From the NCBI GenBank assembly GCA_964016885.1, contig OZ024744.1, positions 74,648,001-74,712,000 on the forward strand: a stretch of DNA of 64,000 nucleotides, written 5' to 3'. A program made the position numbers and the translations under genes. The DNA comes from Eledone cirrhosa (taxonomy: Eukaryota). A model generated the notes under the pieces. The model was not told where the DNA came from. It made no database searches and saw nothing but the letters and a program-made list of their open reading frames with translations. Positions 1 to 12,594 of the stretch are shown piece by piece; within the stretch, counting starts at the first letter, position 1; every line of letters starts with the position of its first letter.

Positions 1-1695
1 GGATGAAACAATTATCCAGATATCTCTTCCAGTGTTTTCCTATATGGAGGTAGAAGGAGTTTCCGTATTTCTCTAGTACTTTTCGGTAGAAGGTAATTTC
101 CAAGTATCCCATAACGAGGGTGGCGTAAGAGGGGGCCGTTTTCGTGCCCACGACAGTCCCTGATTTCTGTCTGTAGAATTTGGCATCGAATGAGTTATTC
201 TCCAAGATAAATTTGAGCCCTTCTATTACGAATTCTTTTATGATGCGGTGCGGTAGTTCATTGGGGGTAATTTTCTAAGCAGAATTGGATTGCCACTATT
301 CCTAGGTTGTGTGGGATATTGGAATAAAGGTTGACTACATCAGAAGACACTAGTAGGGTATGTTCATTATTAAGTGTTTTGGGGACGTGGTTGAGCATAT
401 CGAGGTCGTCCCTTATGAAGCTTTTAATATGTTTCAGGATTGATTTTAACAGGATATCTAGGAAGTTGCTGAGGCGGTGGGTTTCACAAGCGGGACCTGC
501 TATTATAGGTCTTAATTTGAGGTCGTTGGGTGAGGGGACATTGATGAATATGTCTGTGGCTTCCTTGCATGCCTTACTTACTTTTTCGCATTTGTGTATC
601 GTAGGCATACCGTAGAAAAGGCTGGGTATGCTTTTGAAGTCAGTGATATAGTTGTATTCCTTGTCGGTAAGGGTTGTCAGATTATTTAGGTTTCCCATTA
701 TTTTCTGTTGGCTGCATTGTGGAGCCTTTTCGTAGTATGTTTCGTCTAAAGATGAGAGTACTAGGGTTGTATAATATTCTGTCTCCATAAGAACTACCGC
801 ACTCCCTTTATCCGCCTCTTTGATTGTTAAAGATTGTTCATTCTTTAATCTGTTCATCCCATTCTTTCTTGCTGTAGTTTGGCTTGTGTTTTTGTCAGTG
901 TAGGTGTTGATATGGGTAATTTGTAATGTGTTCGCAGAATTAGTCAAAGAATTTGGCCTTACCATTTGATGGGGGTGTAGTTGCTTCTATTTCTAGCTAG
1001 TGAGTCGTCCTCATTGTACTTGTCGTGTAATACCTCTCTAAGTCTTAGTTTTCTACTAACTACTGATATGTCGTCCTTCATTTCGGAGTAGTTTGGACGT
1101 TGGGGTCCGGTGTAAATTTCAGCCCTTTAGAGAGTATGTTGATTTGGTCTGTTGCTAATTCTTTAGTGGTTAAATTGTTTTATTACTTTTGGTCTCTCCT
1201 GTATGTCTTGTGTCATCTCGTTTCCCTGTGTCTGTGTACTGGGTCTAAAAAATGATTAAAGTAGTTGTGATGGTTGTTGATGTTGAGTTGTCTCCTGTGG
1301 TTGTATTGTTCCCTGCTGTAGTTATTGAAGGTTCGGGTTCGTGGATGTGGGTTGATTAGAGCGTCCCTATATTTAGTGTGTGGTTGTGTGTCCCTATTTA
1401 TCATATGTGGTAGTTCTACTTTAGGGGCCCTTCGTTGCTGAATATATCGAGTGGTTTGAGTTTGATGTGTGTGGTCGTTGTGGGGGTTGTAAGAATGGAG
1501 GTTTCCTTAGTATCTCTTAGTGGGAGGTAGGATGTAATGTCCATCCTGGAGGTGATGTTTTCTTATTTCTTTGTAAGTTGCAAGGGTGTCCACGTAGTTG
1601 CAGCGCGGTTGGGTTAAGAGGTAAGGGTTAGGTGTTGCCTTCTCTTTTTAGTAGGGGAGAAGGTTGTGTTTTTTTTGTTGGTTGTTTGAAAGATT
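1..1695 (-). mobile_element. Penelope-like retroelement (PLE), decayed RT-encoding part; continues beyond the window start
   Basis: Minus-strand translation gives NILSKGLKFTP...SRKLRLRE (about 1040-1170), TIKEADKGSAVV, FYGMPTIHK, LRPIIAG, SDVVNLYSNIPH (ORF 258-965), then YRQKSGTVVGTKTAPSYATLVMGYLE and WKRYLDN (mutated YxDD) at 1-200. Stops and frameshifts are present. Confidence 0.9.
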
Positions 1696-2233
1696 TAAAG
1701 GAAAGTAATGTTTCTCTTTGTTGAATATAAGTCACCAATTTGGTTGAGGTATATTGTCACCAATTTGGTGAAAGATGTGTTGTCACCAGATTCAGCGGAG
1801 AAGTATATTTCAGAAGTTGTAATGTTGCCACGAGGAACCAGGTTTGGTAGAAAGATATAATCGGAATATCGAAAACGACTTTTAGCTTGGTTTTACATTA
1901 TTTATTAACAGAGGTTGAGCTGGCATGCCAAGAGAAATTAAACAAACCAATTAACATTCCAGAAAGACACGGGCTACAGGCTGAGAGAAGCGTTGCCAGG
2001 CCGTGGTTAAATTGTTGTGTTACATATTGGTTAGTGATTTCACGGCGCAAGAAAATTAGTTGTTTACCTTAGCACGGTCGAAGCTGCGAGTCATAGCGTC
2101 CTCAAATCTTTGCGGGCTATTTCTCCCTCAGAACGCGTAGGGATACATGCTCTTCTACTGGCGCTGATTGGCTGAGCTGAGCCAAATCACGCACAGAGAA
2201 TGTATGTGAGCCCGCGGAATGTAGGTCACTACA
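1696..2233 (-). repeat. 3' LTR
   Basis: Direct repeat of 3780-4317. Minus-strand CCAAT box (about 2164-2173) and AATAAA (1901-1906). Preceded on the minus strand by a weak purine-rich tract (GGAGGTGA). Confidence 0.9.
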
Positions 2234-3760
2234 TCACCTCCGAGCAGATTTTTAGCCGAAAATCGTTAACGATGAAGCCGAGGACCCACAGATTATTCAA
2301 TCAGCAAGAACAAATGCTGAAAGAGCACATCAATGAAAAAATAATTGAGCAGAAAGATGCATGCAAGAACCAAAAAAATTAGGCGCGACGGGCCGTGTTG
2401 AGCCGCTGTCAAATGACTAGCTGTTTTGTAGTTTATACGTGACGACAAAGGTCTACCAGAAAACAGATAAAGTCTGACATGGGCGAAGTTGCTGTTCTTG
2501 CATTAAATGTTAATGGTAAGCGTTGTACCAGTAGCTGTGAACGAAGCTATTATGGTAGTTTACCAGTGCTGGCGAGAAAATGATGGCCTCCCAGATGTAT
2601 TGCCGAATGTGCTATGGATCCAGGAAAAAAATGGCTTGTTGCTTTGATAAGGAAAAAAAAAGCAAGTCGAATCTGTAGGTGAGTTGCAGTTACATGTAAT
2701 ACAGCAAAGAAAATGTGTGCGTGCGGTCAATATATAATGATAGAGAGAAATGAATTTTCATATAATACAGTTTTTAAAAAAACAAATGTCCAAAATAAAT
2801 GCCTGAAAAAAAAAGTAAAATAGAAAGAATTGTTTCTTTTCTTTTAACAAAAAGTTCGCTTCTTTTTTCTTTGTGAACGCTCCTACTAGGGAGCTAGTAG
2901 AATTGTTGTTAAAGCAAAGTCAATGTATTTTCTGTAGAGTCGAATTCGAGCGTTGAAGAACCTAGCGTCACCGATATGGCAGCCACGTCTGACGCCATAA
3001 TGGTGAGAAAACTAATGTCTTAATTTCTCGAGTCCTTGTGGTAACGAGACAGAAGGTATGGTGGTTGCATCGGTAAAGTTACAAGCCGTTTCCTGGTGTT
3101 GGTTAATATAGCCATGTGTTGCCGCTGATGGCTGTTACTTGGTGATAGCCGTTTGGAAATCTCCTCGTGGCGTAAAGTTTTGGAAATTCTGCTAATTTTT
3201 TTCTTTAAAAAAATTCTAAAGAAAATTTGAAAATATTCTAAAGAAAAAAAATGATTTTCCATGATGGCCGATCGAAAAATGTGTCCGTGATGAAGAAGCC
3301 GTCATGTGGCACGATGCAGCCAATCAGATGGCTGGGATCGAAGAAGACAACCTGAACGCGGGAAAACAACATTTTTGAGTCTCCATTTGCAACTTCAACA
3401 GAACGTTGAAAGCAAAATTCTATATCCAGAGAAATTCTTTTTTTTTTTTTTTTTCTGTCTTTATCAAACTATGCTCGCAATAATAATTTTCAATCCAAAA
3501 GAGAAATATTTTGTTAGACGTCGAAAAAAAACGCTTTCTTTTGTGTTGTATTTTTTTGTTCATCTGTATGCGTGAGTCAGCAGAAAGTTATGACAGAAAT
3601 ATTGTGCAGGTTGTGTGCTTCAACAAATGGAATATTATGAATTATTTGGACTTACGCTAAGCGAGTCTAGCAACCCGATTCGAATATTCCATTTGCTAAG
3701 CCACTCCATAATGCTGTTAAAACGAATGGCGAATTCAAATAGGCTGCGTTTTCATACTTT

Positions 3761-3778
3761 ATCGTCGAAGGGTCACCA
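3761..3778 (-). promoter_or_regulatory. Primer binding site, tRNA-Trp-like
   Basis: TGGTGACCCTTCGACGAT starts 1 nt after the 5' LTR and matches the canonical tRNA-Trp PBS TGGTGACCCCGACG with a 2-nt insertion. Confidence 0.8.
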
Positions 3779-3779
3779 A

Positions 3780-4317
3780 TAAAGGAAAGTAATGTTTCTC
3801 TTTGTTGAATATAAGTCACCAATTTGGTTGAGGTATATTGTCACCAATTTGGTGAAAGATGTGTTGTCACCAGATTCAGCGGAGAAGTATATTTCAGAAG
3901 TTGTAATGTTGCCACGAGGAACCAGGTTTGGTAGAAAGATATAATAGGAATATCGACAACGACTTTTAGCTTGGTTTTACATTATTTATTAACAGAGGTT
4001 GAGTTGGCATGCCAAGAGAAATTAAACAAACCAATTAACATTCCAGAAAGACACGGGCTACAGGCTGAGAGAAGCGTTGCCAGGCTGTGGTTAAATTGTT
4101 GTGTTACATATTGGCTAGTGATTTCACGGCGCAAGAAAAATGGTTGTTTACCTTAGCACGGTCGAAGCTGCGAGTCATAGCGTCCTCAAATCTTTGCGGG
4201 CTATTTCTCCCTCAGAACGCGTAGGGATACATGCTCTTCTACTGGCGCTGATTGGCTGAGCTGAGCCAAATCACGCACAGAGAATGTATGTGAGCCCGCG
4301 GAATGTAGGTCACTACA
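3780..4317 (-). repeat. 5' LTR
   Basis: Direct repeat of 1696-2233, termini TG...TA, immediately followed by the PBS. Confidence 0.9.
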
Positions 4318-4835
4318 GATTGTTCCATAGTTTAAGAACCAAGTTGCACTTTTTTCCCAGCGTTGAAGGGATGTCAGTTCCTCCTTGTAGCAATCCTCTG
4401 TCCATAGTTTAGAGATCTTTTCTAGGTTGGAGCCTGGAGTCCTTTTGTTAATTTCTTGGTTGATCTCTTCATCGATGGATTTTATGTTATCCCCATTTGT
4501 CTGAGCTCTCAATGTTAGAAGTTCAATTTCTCTCTTCATTTGTTCCGGTGCCATTCTTTCCCTATGTCGTCATTGTGTCTCGGGTTCATCTTGGATGGGA
4601 TGAATCTGTAGTTTGCGGGGAAGAATTAATGGGGAAGAATTGAGCCATTTTTCATTAATCTCCGCTTTGTTGTTTTGGATCATCTTCCAAAAGGAGAATG
4701 TTCTGTCTCTGAGTGATGTGTTCCAATGTTGCATTATTTGTTTTTTTATTTTGTATGCTGTTAGTGTATTAGTGCCACATGGTTGCTCGTTTGTTTGTCT
4801 TAGGTTTGTGTTATTCGTAAAATATATTTTGACCG
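4318..4835 (-). mobile_element. Upstream coding remnant of the same PLE, separated from it by the nested LTR element
   Basis: Same strand and base composition as 1-1695. The ORF pieces (WNTSLRDRTFSFWKMIQ...; MKREIELLTLR...WFLNYGT) break exactly at the GATT target duplication (4318-4321 and 1692-1695). Confidence 0.65.
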
Positions 4836-4837
4836 TT

Positions 4838-5656
4838 TCACATAGGTTACGTATTACATAAACACTTATTAGTAATACATACCCTTTTAAAAGACCTCCC
4901 TGAATAGATAAGAAATGCATCATTTGTAAACTAAGCCCCCATATTAACTGTAAAACTAGAAACATAGTATATAGCATAAGATGTACTGAAGGACAATGTA
5001 GAGATAAGAATATAGTGTACATAGGTGAGACAGCTCGTAGTATAGGAGAACAGTTAAATGAACACTGGCGAGAGCTTCAAGATAGAAAAGAATCATCAAT
5101 ACTCCACCAATATGCTAAAATAGAACATAAGGGCAAATTAGAGAACATAGAAATAAAAATATAATCTACACACAGAAAAGACGCAATGTTTAGACAAATC
5201 ACAGAGGCAATAAACATAAATGAATTCCAACCAAAATTAAATAGAAAACATGAATGGAATAGCAACATCACAACTTACAATGAAGGACAAAATGAAAACA
5301 CACACACACACACACACAACTAACAACCAACCAGCAAACAAATAAATAAACAAATAAAAACACACACAGATACCCGGATGTAACACATGCGCAAACTAAG
5401 CACACAACACACACAAAAACAAGATGGCGTAGGACAGAACATAGGAGAGGCACAAAAAAAGAAAAGAATCCTCAGTCACTGAAGAGGTCACAGAATGTGT
5501 GACGAAAGAACTTTGACAATATATGAACAACCGTCTGGTTGTGGAACCAACCAACCGGAAATTTATAAATTAAAGAAAAACAACTTTGTTTTAAATTTTT
5601 TATTTTATAAATTGGAGTGAAAACAACTGGTGCGTGTGTTTTTTATTGCCAAAGTA

Positions 5657-5661
<5 letters not shown>
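4838..5661 (+). mobile_element. 5'-truncated PLE 3' end: GIY-YIG endonuclease remnant plus pLTR (family G)
   Basis: Plus-strand translation from about 4916: CIICKLSPHINCKTRNIVYSIRC...VYIGETARSIGEQLNEH...RQITEAININEFQPKLNRKHEWN. Followed by a UTR with a hammerhead motif, ending in (TA)n. Confidence 0.88.
5475..5517 (+). ncRNA. Minimal type I hammerhead ribozyme motif (family G)
   Basis: GTCA-CTGAAGA-G-GTCACA gaatg TGTGAC-GAAA-G aa C-TT-TGAC: helix I GTCA/TGAC and a 6-bp stem II. Confidence 0.75.
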
Positions 5662-5716
<55 letters not shown>

Positions 5717-5721
5717 GATAA

Positions 5722-7433
5722 ATATTTCTACAATTTGATATAGATAATTATTATTATTCCTCTATATCACCTATACTCCTGAACAAAGCCTTGATATTTG
5801 CTAAAAAACTTAACTTTGGATGACATTAGTATTATTACACATGCTAGACAAACGCTATTGGAATTTCAAAATGAATACTGGACCAGAAACACATATAGTA
5901 ATCTATTCGATATTACTATGGGCTCAAGCGATTCTGCCCAAATTATTGATCCTGTGGGCCTCTTTCTTCTTTTTAACATAAATGCTTCCTTTCCCCACCT
6001 TAAAGGTGGTTTATATCGTGACGACTGTCTTCTTCTTTCCAATAACCTTAGCCTTTCACAGATAGAAACAAATAAAAAGCTTATTAGAACTTTCCTCAAA
6101 AACTATTATAGTCTAGATATTACATTTGAAAACACAAGTAAAGTAATTAATTTCCTTGATATAACATTAGACTTATCTACGGGTATCTACGAACCTTACC
6201 ATAAACCTAACCAAAATCTACATTACATACACTCACAATCTAATCACCCTAAATCTATCCTTAAAAACCTTGCATATAATATCTCACTTAGAATTTCTAA
6301 CCTTTCGTCTAACCAGGATGTATTTGATAACAATGCGACCTTCTATAACGAAGCTTTAGCTAGAAGTGGCCACAAAAATAAATTAGTATATATACCTTGA
6401 ACCAATAACACTACAAACATACAACCTAATATTACCAACAAACACCAAATGAAACATACACACCTAAATGCCACTCACACTATACCCCAAAATACCAACA
6501 TAAAACCAAATTTCTCTAACTGTTCTAATATAAAATATAGTAACTCTCAAAAAACTACTCATCCTACTACTCTAATAAATGTTAATAATAAAACTCCTAA
6601 TAAACAAGCTAAAACACCTAAATCAATAAATCTAACTAAAAATGTGTGTGGTGAAGTCATTAACAATAATCCTCTTAATAAACATCAGGATACATCCTAT
6701 AAAAACAATAAACACCATCGAAACCGTAATAGACGAGTTACTTGGTATAATGCTCCATTTAATTTACAAATTAAGGATAATATACCTAAAAAAAATGTTT
6801 AATATACTAGAGAAGAACTTCCCGCCAAACCACAAATACCATCACATTTTAAATAGATCAACGGTTAAATTCTCCTACTCAACAACCAAAAACATAAAAC
6901 AAAATATAAGTGCCTACAATGCATATAAATGTAAAAAAACCATGAGTATACCACCAGTACATCAAACTAACCATAATATCTCCTCGGATACAGGATTCAC
7001 GAAAGGTTGTAACTGTAGAAACAAGGCAAACTGCCCATTAAAAGGAAATTGCCTTGTTAATAACATAGTATATAAATGTAAAGTTAACACTAAAGACTCA
7101 ATTTATTCATATATAGGAGCTACCTCTAACCAATTTAAGGTAAGATTTAATACCCACAAACATAGTTTTAAAAATGCCGCATTAGCTAATACAACATCTC
7201 TAGCTGAAATAATTAATAATTATAGAAAGAGGAATATAGATTATGACCTGACCTGGAGTGTGCTCAAAAGGGCCACCCCTTATCAAAATAACAGATATGA
7301 ATGTAGATTATGTTCCCAAGAACTTTTTGAAATAATGAAATCTAAGGATATCCTATTAAATAAGCGACAGGAATTAATAATATCGTGTAATCATAAACTG
7401 AGAAAAAGCTTTAAATATTATAAACCTAATTAA
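5722..7433 (+). pseudogene. PLE RT-GIY-YIG polyprotein, disrupted
   Basis: ORF pieces 5798-6400, 6449-6802 (same frame, in-frame TGA at 6398-6400) and 6642-7433. Frameshifts in A-runs near 5805 and 6790. Confidence 0.88.
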
Positions 7434-7689
7434 TATACATTTTAGAAATTAATATAAAAACTATTATTAATTTAGTTAACTTATAATTAATATTCTACTA
7501 CTGATGAACTACATAATTTTACTTTCCTTCTTACAACTATCTTTTCCTAAAATTGATACCATTAAGTAAACATATATAATGTTTTAATTTCAGGTTATGA
7601 TTCTATGTTCCTTGAAATCTCTATATATTTATTATTTCTCACTAATAAATTTAACTCCCCCCCCCCCAATAATTATATATATATATATG

Positions 7690-7791
<102 letters not shown>

Positions 7792-8055
7792 TATATTTAT
7801 TTAATTTTCCCTCGTCTTTAACAGCACTCTTCAATTACATCTAACTCTTATTTATCATATCTATATGCATTAATATAATTTTATCAATATAAATATACCC
7901 ATCAATTAAATTAATTTATATTCTTTTCATAGATGTAAATTCCATATATATTTTTTTCACTAACACTTTTATCGTAAAATTTTAGTCTCCTTAGATATTT
8001 ACATTGGCATTATTCTTTTATAACAACAACTTTTCGTGTTACCTTTTACTGACCT

Positions 8056-8519
8056 GACCTATTTTCACCCCTAAAATAAACTTTTCATTATTCATACTCC
8101 TTCCATTCAAAACTGAAATCTGCCTTCTTCTAACACAAAATAAATTTCAATTACTACTATTTTACCATTTGGCCAATTATTACCTTTCTATTGGTTAATT
8201 CAAAACCTGTTCCCAAACAAACCTACTATATTAAATCTTTGTTGGTTTTATTCAATGAACAAATATAATTATTTCTGAGGTCAGCATATGACCTATTCTC
8301 ATCCCTAAAATAATCTTTCATTCATAATATTCTTTCCATCCAAAACTGAAATCTACCTTCCTCTACCCATAAATTAAGGTTCTTTTACTACTATATTACT
8401 ATCTTGACCTTCACTATCTTTCTATTGGTCAATTCAAAACCTGTTCCCAAACAGACCTATTGTATTAAATCTTTGTTGGTTTTTTCAATAAACAAATATT
8501 ATTTCTGAAGACAGCATAT
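8056..8519 (+). repeat. Two tandem units of about 230 bp in the PLE 3' UTR
   Basis: 8056-8289 and 8290-8519 share gacctatt...tcaaaacctgttcccaaaca...attatttctga.g.cagcatat. Confidence 0.85.
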
Positions 8520-8631
8520 ATATGTGTAGGTATGTATATTCCCTCTGATAGTTTGTAAAAATGTTACATAGATCTATAGGATATGCATACCAACACTAAC
8601 ATATATATCCTAGAAACGATCGTAAAATGAT
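8498..8631 (+). ncRNA. Type I hammerhead motif with expanded stem II (family A)
   Basis: ATTATTT-CTGAAGA-(about 100 nt)-GAAA-C GATC G-TA-AAATGAT: palindromic loop III and GUA triplet. Confidence 0.65.
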
Positions 8632-8681
8632 GAATTTTTTAATATAAGGAACTGTTTCTTTGTTTATTCATTATTTTATTA

Positions 8682-8737
<56 letters not shown>

Positions 8738-8749
8738 TCACATATATAT

Positions 8750-9220
8750 TTTTTAGGTTAAAGATAACTGTTTCAACGCCAATTTTTATTTTAGTATGTA
8801 TAATAATCGAGCAAGTAGAGCGTAAAGTCTTTTCGACATCGAACAAATTGGAGAGCATGGTCTGTGAGATTCTACAAAAAAACGTGCCCAAGGAAACACC
8901 ACTATAGAACAAGACAATAGAATAATAATATACATTACTTTAACGCTTCATATGGTATGAAAATATTGTTAACGTTTCGGACCTCTGTCATTCATCGGAA
9001 AGTGGATGAGGGAGACAAGCGATGATATTTGGCAGAGAGAAGAAATATAGCCGAATGTACGAAAAGCAAACGAAAAACAAAAACAATTAAAATGGCGGAC
9101 AACATGTGTGTCGTTATGTAATCAGAGAAAGACGGGGAAGAGATGGAAAGTAGAACTGACAGAAAAGAAAGTTGCTTAATATAAAGAAAATGGACACATC
9201 TAGTAGCCACTAATAAGGAT
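8750..9220 (-). mobile_element. Probable decayed PLE 3' end with a degenerate hammerhead at 8968-9003
   Basis: Minus strand CCGATGA-ATGAC agag GTCC-GAAACGTTA, then aagcgttaa, similar to the PLE end at 12085-12130. Confidence 0.45.
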
Positions 9221-10164
9221 TGTTTTTTTTTTAAGAATACCTTATAGTTTGAAATTGATCTTGACTTCAATGCCAAATGGTGAAAGCAGGGAAATGTTTC
9301 AATCTTCCTCAATATTCTGAGTGAAGTAAATTCAACTTGGTTGACGAATCGTGATGATGATGATTGTATGTAGAAACAGAGAGAATATAGTGATGCTGAA
9401 TATAAGTATAACGAATTATCCCTTGAACGAACATTATCTCAAATCCTGTTCTGCAAACTTATTGTACTAATTTTCAAATGTAACATATGTAATATTGTGA
9501 ATGGAAAAAAAAAATATATATATATATATATATATCGATTAACCGATGTATAATAAAAAATGTAAATGTTCCTGCATATTTGTATAAAATGAAAATATGA
9601 GCAAGAGAGATAACTCCAATAATATAAACATACTTAAAATGTATCACTGAATACGTAATATACCTACATGTTTATTTGTGTATGTATATATGTTTGTACG
9701 TATGTTCTGCTTTTATAATTTTATAAATTTTTACCAATAGGGAGAAAAAGAGAGAGAGAGAGTCGGTTTCTAACATAGTTACAAGACTTTCTCATTGGAA
9801 TTCTGACATCAACTAGGTAGATATGTATGTATGTCTGCATGCATGATTGTGTGGATGTGCATGTTTTGAGTTATATGCGTGCATGTGCATACGCTTTGTA
9901 TCTGTACATGTGTATATGCAGTTATTAGATGCAGAAATTTTGGAATGTTTTACATGTTTTCCATTAATGGATCGTACTTGTAATTTCCTAACTAATCCTG
10001 TTCTTTCTGCTTCTGTGAGGCCCAGCTTCTCAAGATTTGTAATGAGGCAGTGCCCCAGTAATCACAGGTATAAATGGAGTATCTGCAGAGTTCTCATTAG
10101 TTCTGCATAGACATTCTCCTTTTCGCTAATCTTCAATATTATATTGGCATCTGCTGGGCAACTA

Positions 10165-10340
10165 CCTTCCACAATGTCATCGCGACGCTGTAGGTTGTGA
10201 AGAGCAGGGAGCTCGGCCCGAATAAGGTTAGAACGACGAGAACGCTGGTGGAAACGGAACCGGTTCACAGTACGTCGCCAAGTATCTACAAAGTTGACGA
10301 GGGTGCTGAACTGACCAGAGCTCGGCATCAACTGTGATTG
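10165..10340 (-). mobile_element. Inverted PLE fragment (pre-RT region)
   Basis: PSSGQFSTLVNFVD...RRSNLIRAELPALHNLQRRDDIV, the motif that normally precedes IKPADKG in PLE RTs. Opposite orientation to the adjacent body. Confidence 0.7.
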
Positions 10341-10349
10341 CTGCGCCCG

Positions 10350-12175
10350 GAATTTGCGTTATATGCCAACCACATCAACTTGCGACGAGTTCTGGTACAC
10401 GTTCCAAGATTGATGGGTTCTTCCGTCGGTTAAAGCTTACAGCTTATTTTCCACGACACGCCATCATCGACACAGACAGATTACTTCACTCGTCTCAGGC
10501 ACCTGCAATCAGACTGAAGGCCGAGCACTAGCTAGTTCAGCACCCTCGACTCCTATCCCACTCTCACCTTCACCATCTCCGATTTTCTGTTCCTTTTCAT
10601 GATATCTATCTCTCTCTATATCGATCACACTCACCACACCCACTCAACTTCCATCTTGTACAAACCTACTGACTCCCACTCTTACCTTGACTTCACCTCC
10701 TCCCATCCAACCCACATCAACATTTCCATACCCTTCTCCCAATTCCTCCGTCTTCTTCGGCTCTGTAGCCAGGACCACGATTTCGAAATCCTTCCCCTTC
10801 ACATGGCCTTCCGCTTCATCCAGCGTAGAAAATCCCCACCTCTAAGCTGTTCTCATCCCCGCCCATGAAACCGATAGTAGCATAGCCCTCTCACTCCACC
10901 TGTGCACTCCAAACACCCACCTTCCTTTCTCTCTTACATACCACCCCATCACCCTACTTCTCCGGCGACATATTAGCCGTTCCTTCCTCACGGTCTCTTC
11001 TGATCCCCTCACTTCTCTCTTTTTTCCTAACCCAACTATTACCGCATTTAAGCGCGCCTGCAATCTCTGCGACCTGCTGGTACGCAGTATAATCTCGTCC
11101 TCTCCTACACTCCATCTTAGTTCTCGTCCCCGTTGTAACACTTGTCCTTTCATTTCCAACCTCCTCACCACTCTCACAGGCCCCAACGATTAATTCCGTA
11201 ACCGCTACTCCTTCACCTGCACCGCCACCCATGTTGTCTATGATCTCCACTGTTCCCTTCGCGGGTCCTTATACAACGGACAAATGGGATGCCGTTTGGC
11301 GGACCGTTTTGTTGTACATTTGAGAGACATATGACTCGGTATGGATACTCCCGTCACTCGTAATTTCTGTTCCCCAGGTTACTCTTCCCTACATGTCTCA
11401 GTCCTTGGTGTCCTTTTACAGCATGGATAACAGGCCGCACGCACCAGTACTGAGGGAGTCTGATGTTCTGCCTTGGGTCCTGTTCACCTCATGGGCTCCA
11501 CTCCCATCCACAATTTCTTCAATTTTACACATATACGTTCATGCTTACTTCTCTACCCTTTGCCCCCGTCACATTTACCCCGTCCGTTATCACACACGTG
11601 ATTGTACATTCACCCCTAGATTCCTATGGTTGTCTTATGGTCAGAAACATATACGGTTGCAACTGATACAGACCAGCTAAATACACACACACCTCTACTT
11701 TTCCCTTCGCAGCTCTATATACACACACCCTCCCTTAAATTAACATACTTTTGCTCACAGCTTCGTACTTACAAGCACACACACGTTTTTATCACATATA
11801 CGCACACATATCCTCTTAGCTTCGTACGGACGTATAACACACACACACACATACGCACGCGCACACGTATAAATCTATATACAAAGCCGTTTTTATTTCC
11901 ATTTCAGGTAGACGCGCTCCTTCATCCTCTTTTCTAAAAAAAAGTACATCAAACGTCAGCATCAACAGTTTTCTAAATGATGACAACATTACATGAATAG
12001 GCCTCTTATTTTAACTAAAAATATTTTTCCCGATCCCGTTTTGCCCGTCCCTTCAATCTTTCTAATTTCTCATTCTTTTTTCCGAAACGTTAAGACCCTC
12101 TTCCTGCTATTTCAAGCGTTAACCTAATATATTCCTTCCATATACTGTACCGATTGTGTTGTTATTTCTGTTTAC
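10350..12175 (+). mobile_element. Decayed, internally deleted PLE (Neptune-like): RT thumb + GIY-YIG + pLTR
   Basis: IDGFFRRLKLTAYF; YKPTDSHSYLDFTSSHP...SIPFSQFLRL; LTYHP; AFKRACNLCDLLVRS; CNTCPFI; FTCTATHVVY...C...LYNGQMGCRLADRF; LGSCSPHGLH. GAAACGTTA half-hammerhead near 12085. Confidence 0.85.
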
Positions 12176-12263
12176 ATTATACACACACACACATATATAT
12201 ATATATATATGTATATAGATATATATACACATATAGAGTGAGAGAGAGAGAGAAGTAATATAA

Positions 12264-12298
<35 letters not shown>

Positions 12299-12594
12299 CA
12301 TATATACATAAATACATATATGTATGATTGTATGTAGCTAATTAGTTAGGTATGTATATATATATATATATTGAATATTGCACATGTAAAGTACCGCGAT
12401 TAACTATGATTATCCTTTTAATTAGAACACAAATATACTTTCAGGAGTTTAAATTCCTAAAATAATGCATTCTGTGAAGCTACATTCCCTAATTCTCTGT
12501 CAAATATTATTGGTGTAATCTCCTTTGATTCTTGTTTATAGATTTTTGAATAATTTCAGAATGAGGGTTTATGTTTTAATTGCACGTATAATCT

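Larger units (their letters stand above)
1696..4317 (-). mobile_element. Non-autonomous LTR retrotransposon (TRIM/LARD-like, Gypsy-type signals), 2622 bp
   Basis: Two 538-bp direct repeats with about 7 mismatches. The minus-strand LTR starts TGTAG. A PBS follows the 5' LTR. 4-bp TSD GATT on both sides. No gag/pol-sized ORF in the 1546-bp interior. Confidence 0.9.

Noticed and set aside
2234-3760. gag/pol remnants in the LTR element interior
   Set aside because: No clear zinc knuckle, protease, RT or integrase motif could be read.
1887-4156. Duplicated 61-aa ORF (1887-2072 and 3971-4156)
   Set aside because: Lies antisense within the two LTRs; the duplication is explained by LTR identity.
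7501-7507. Isolated CTGATGA (another at about 51770)
   Set aside because: No stem II or GAAA partner; expected by chance, and not a convincing snoRNA box pair.
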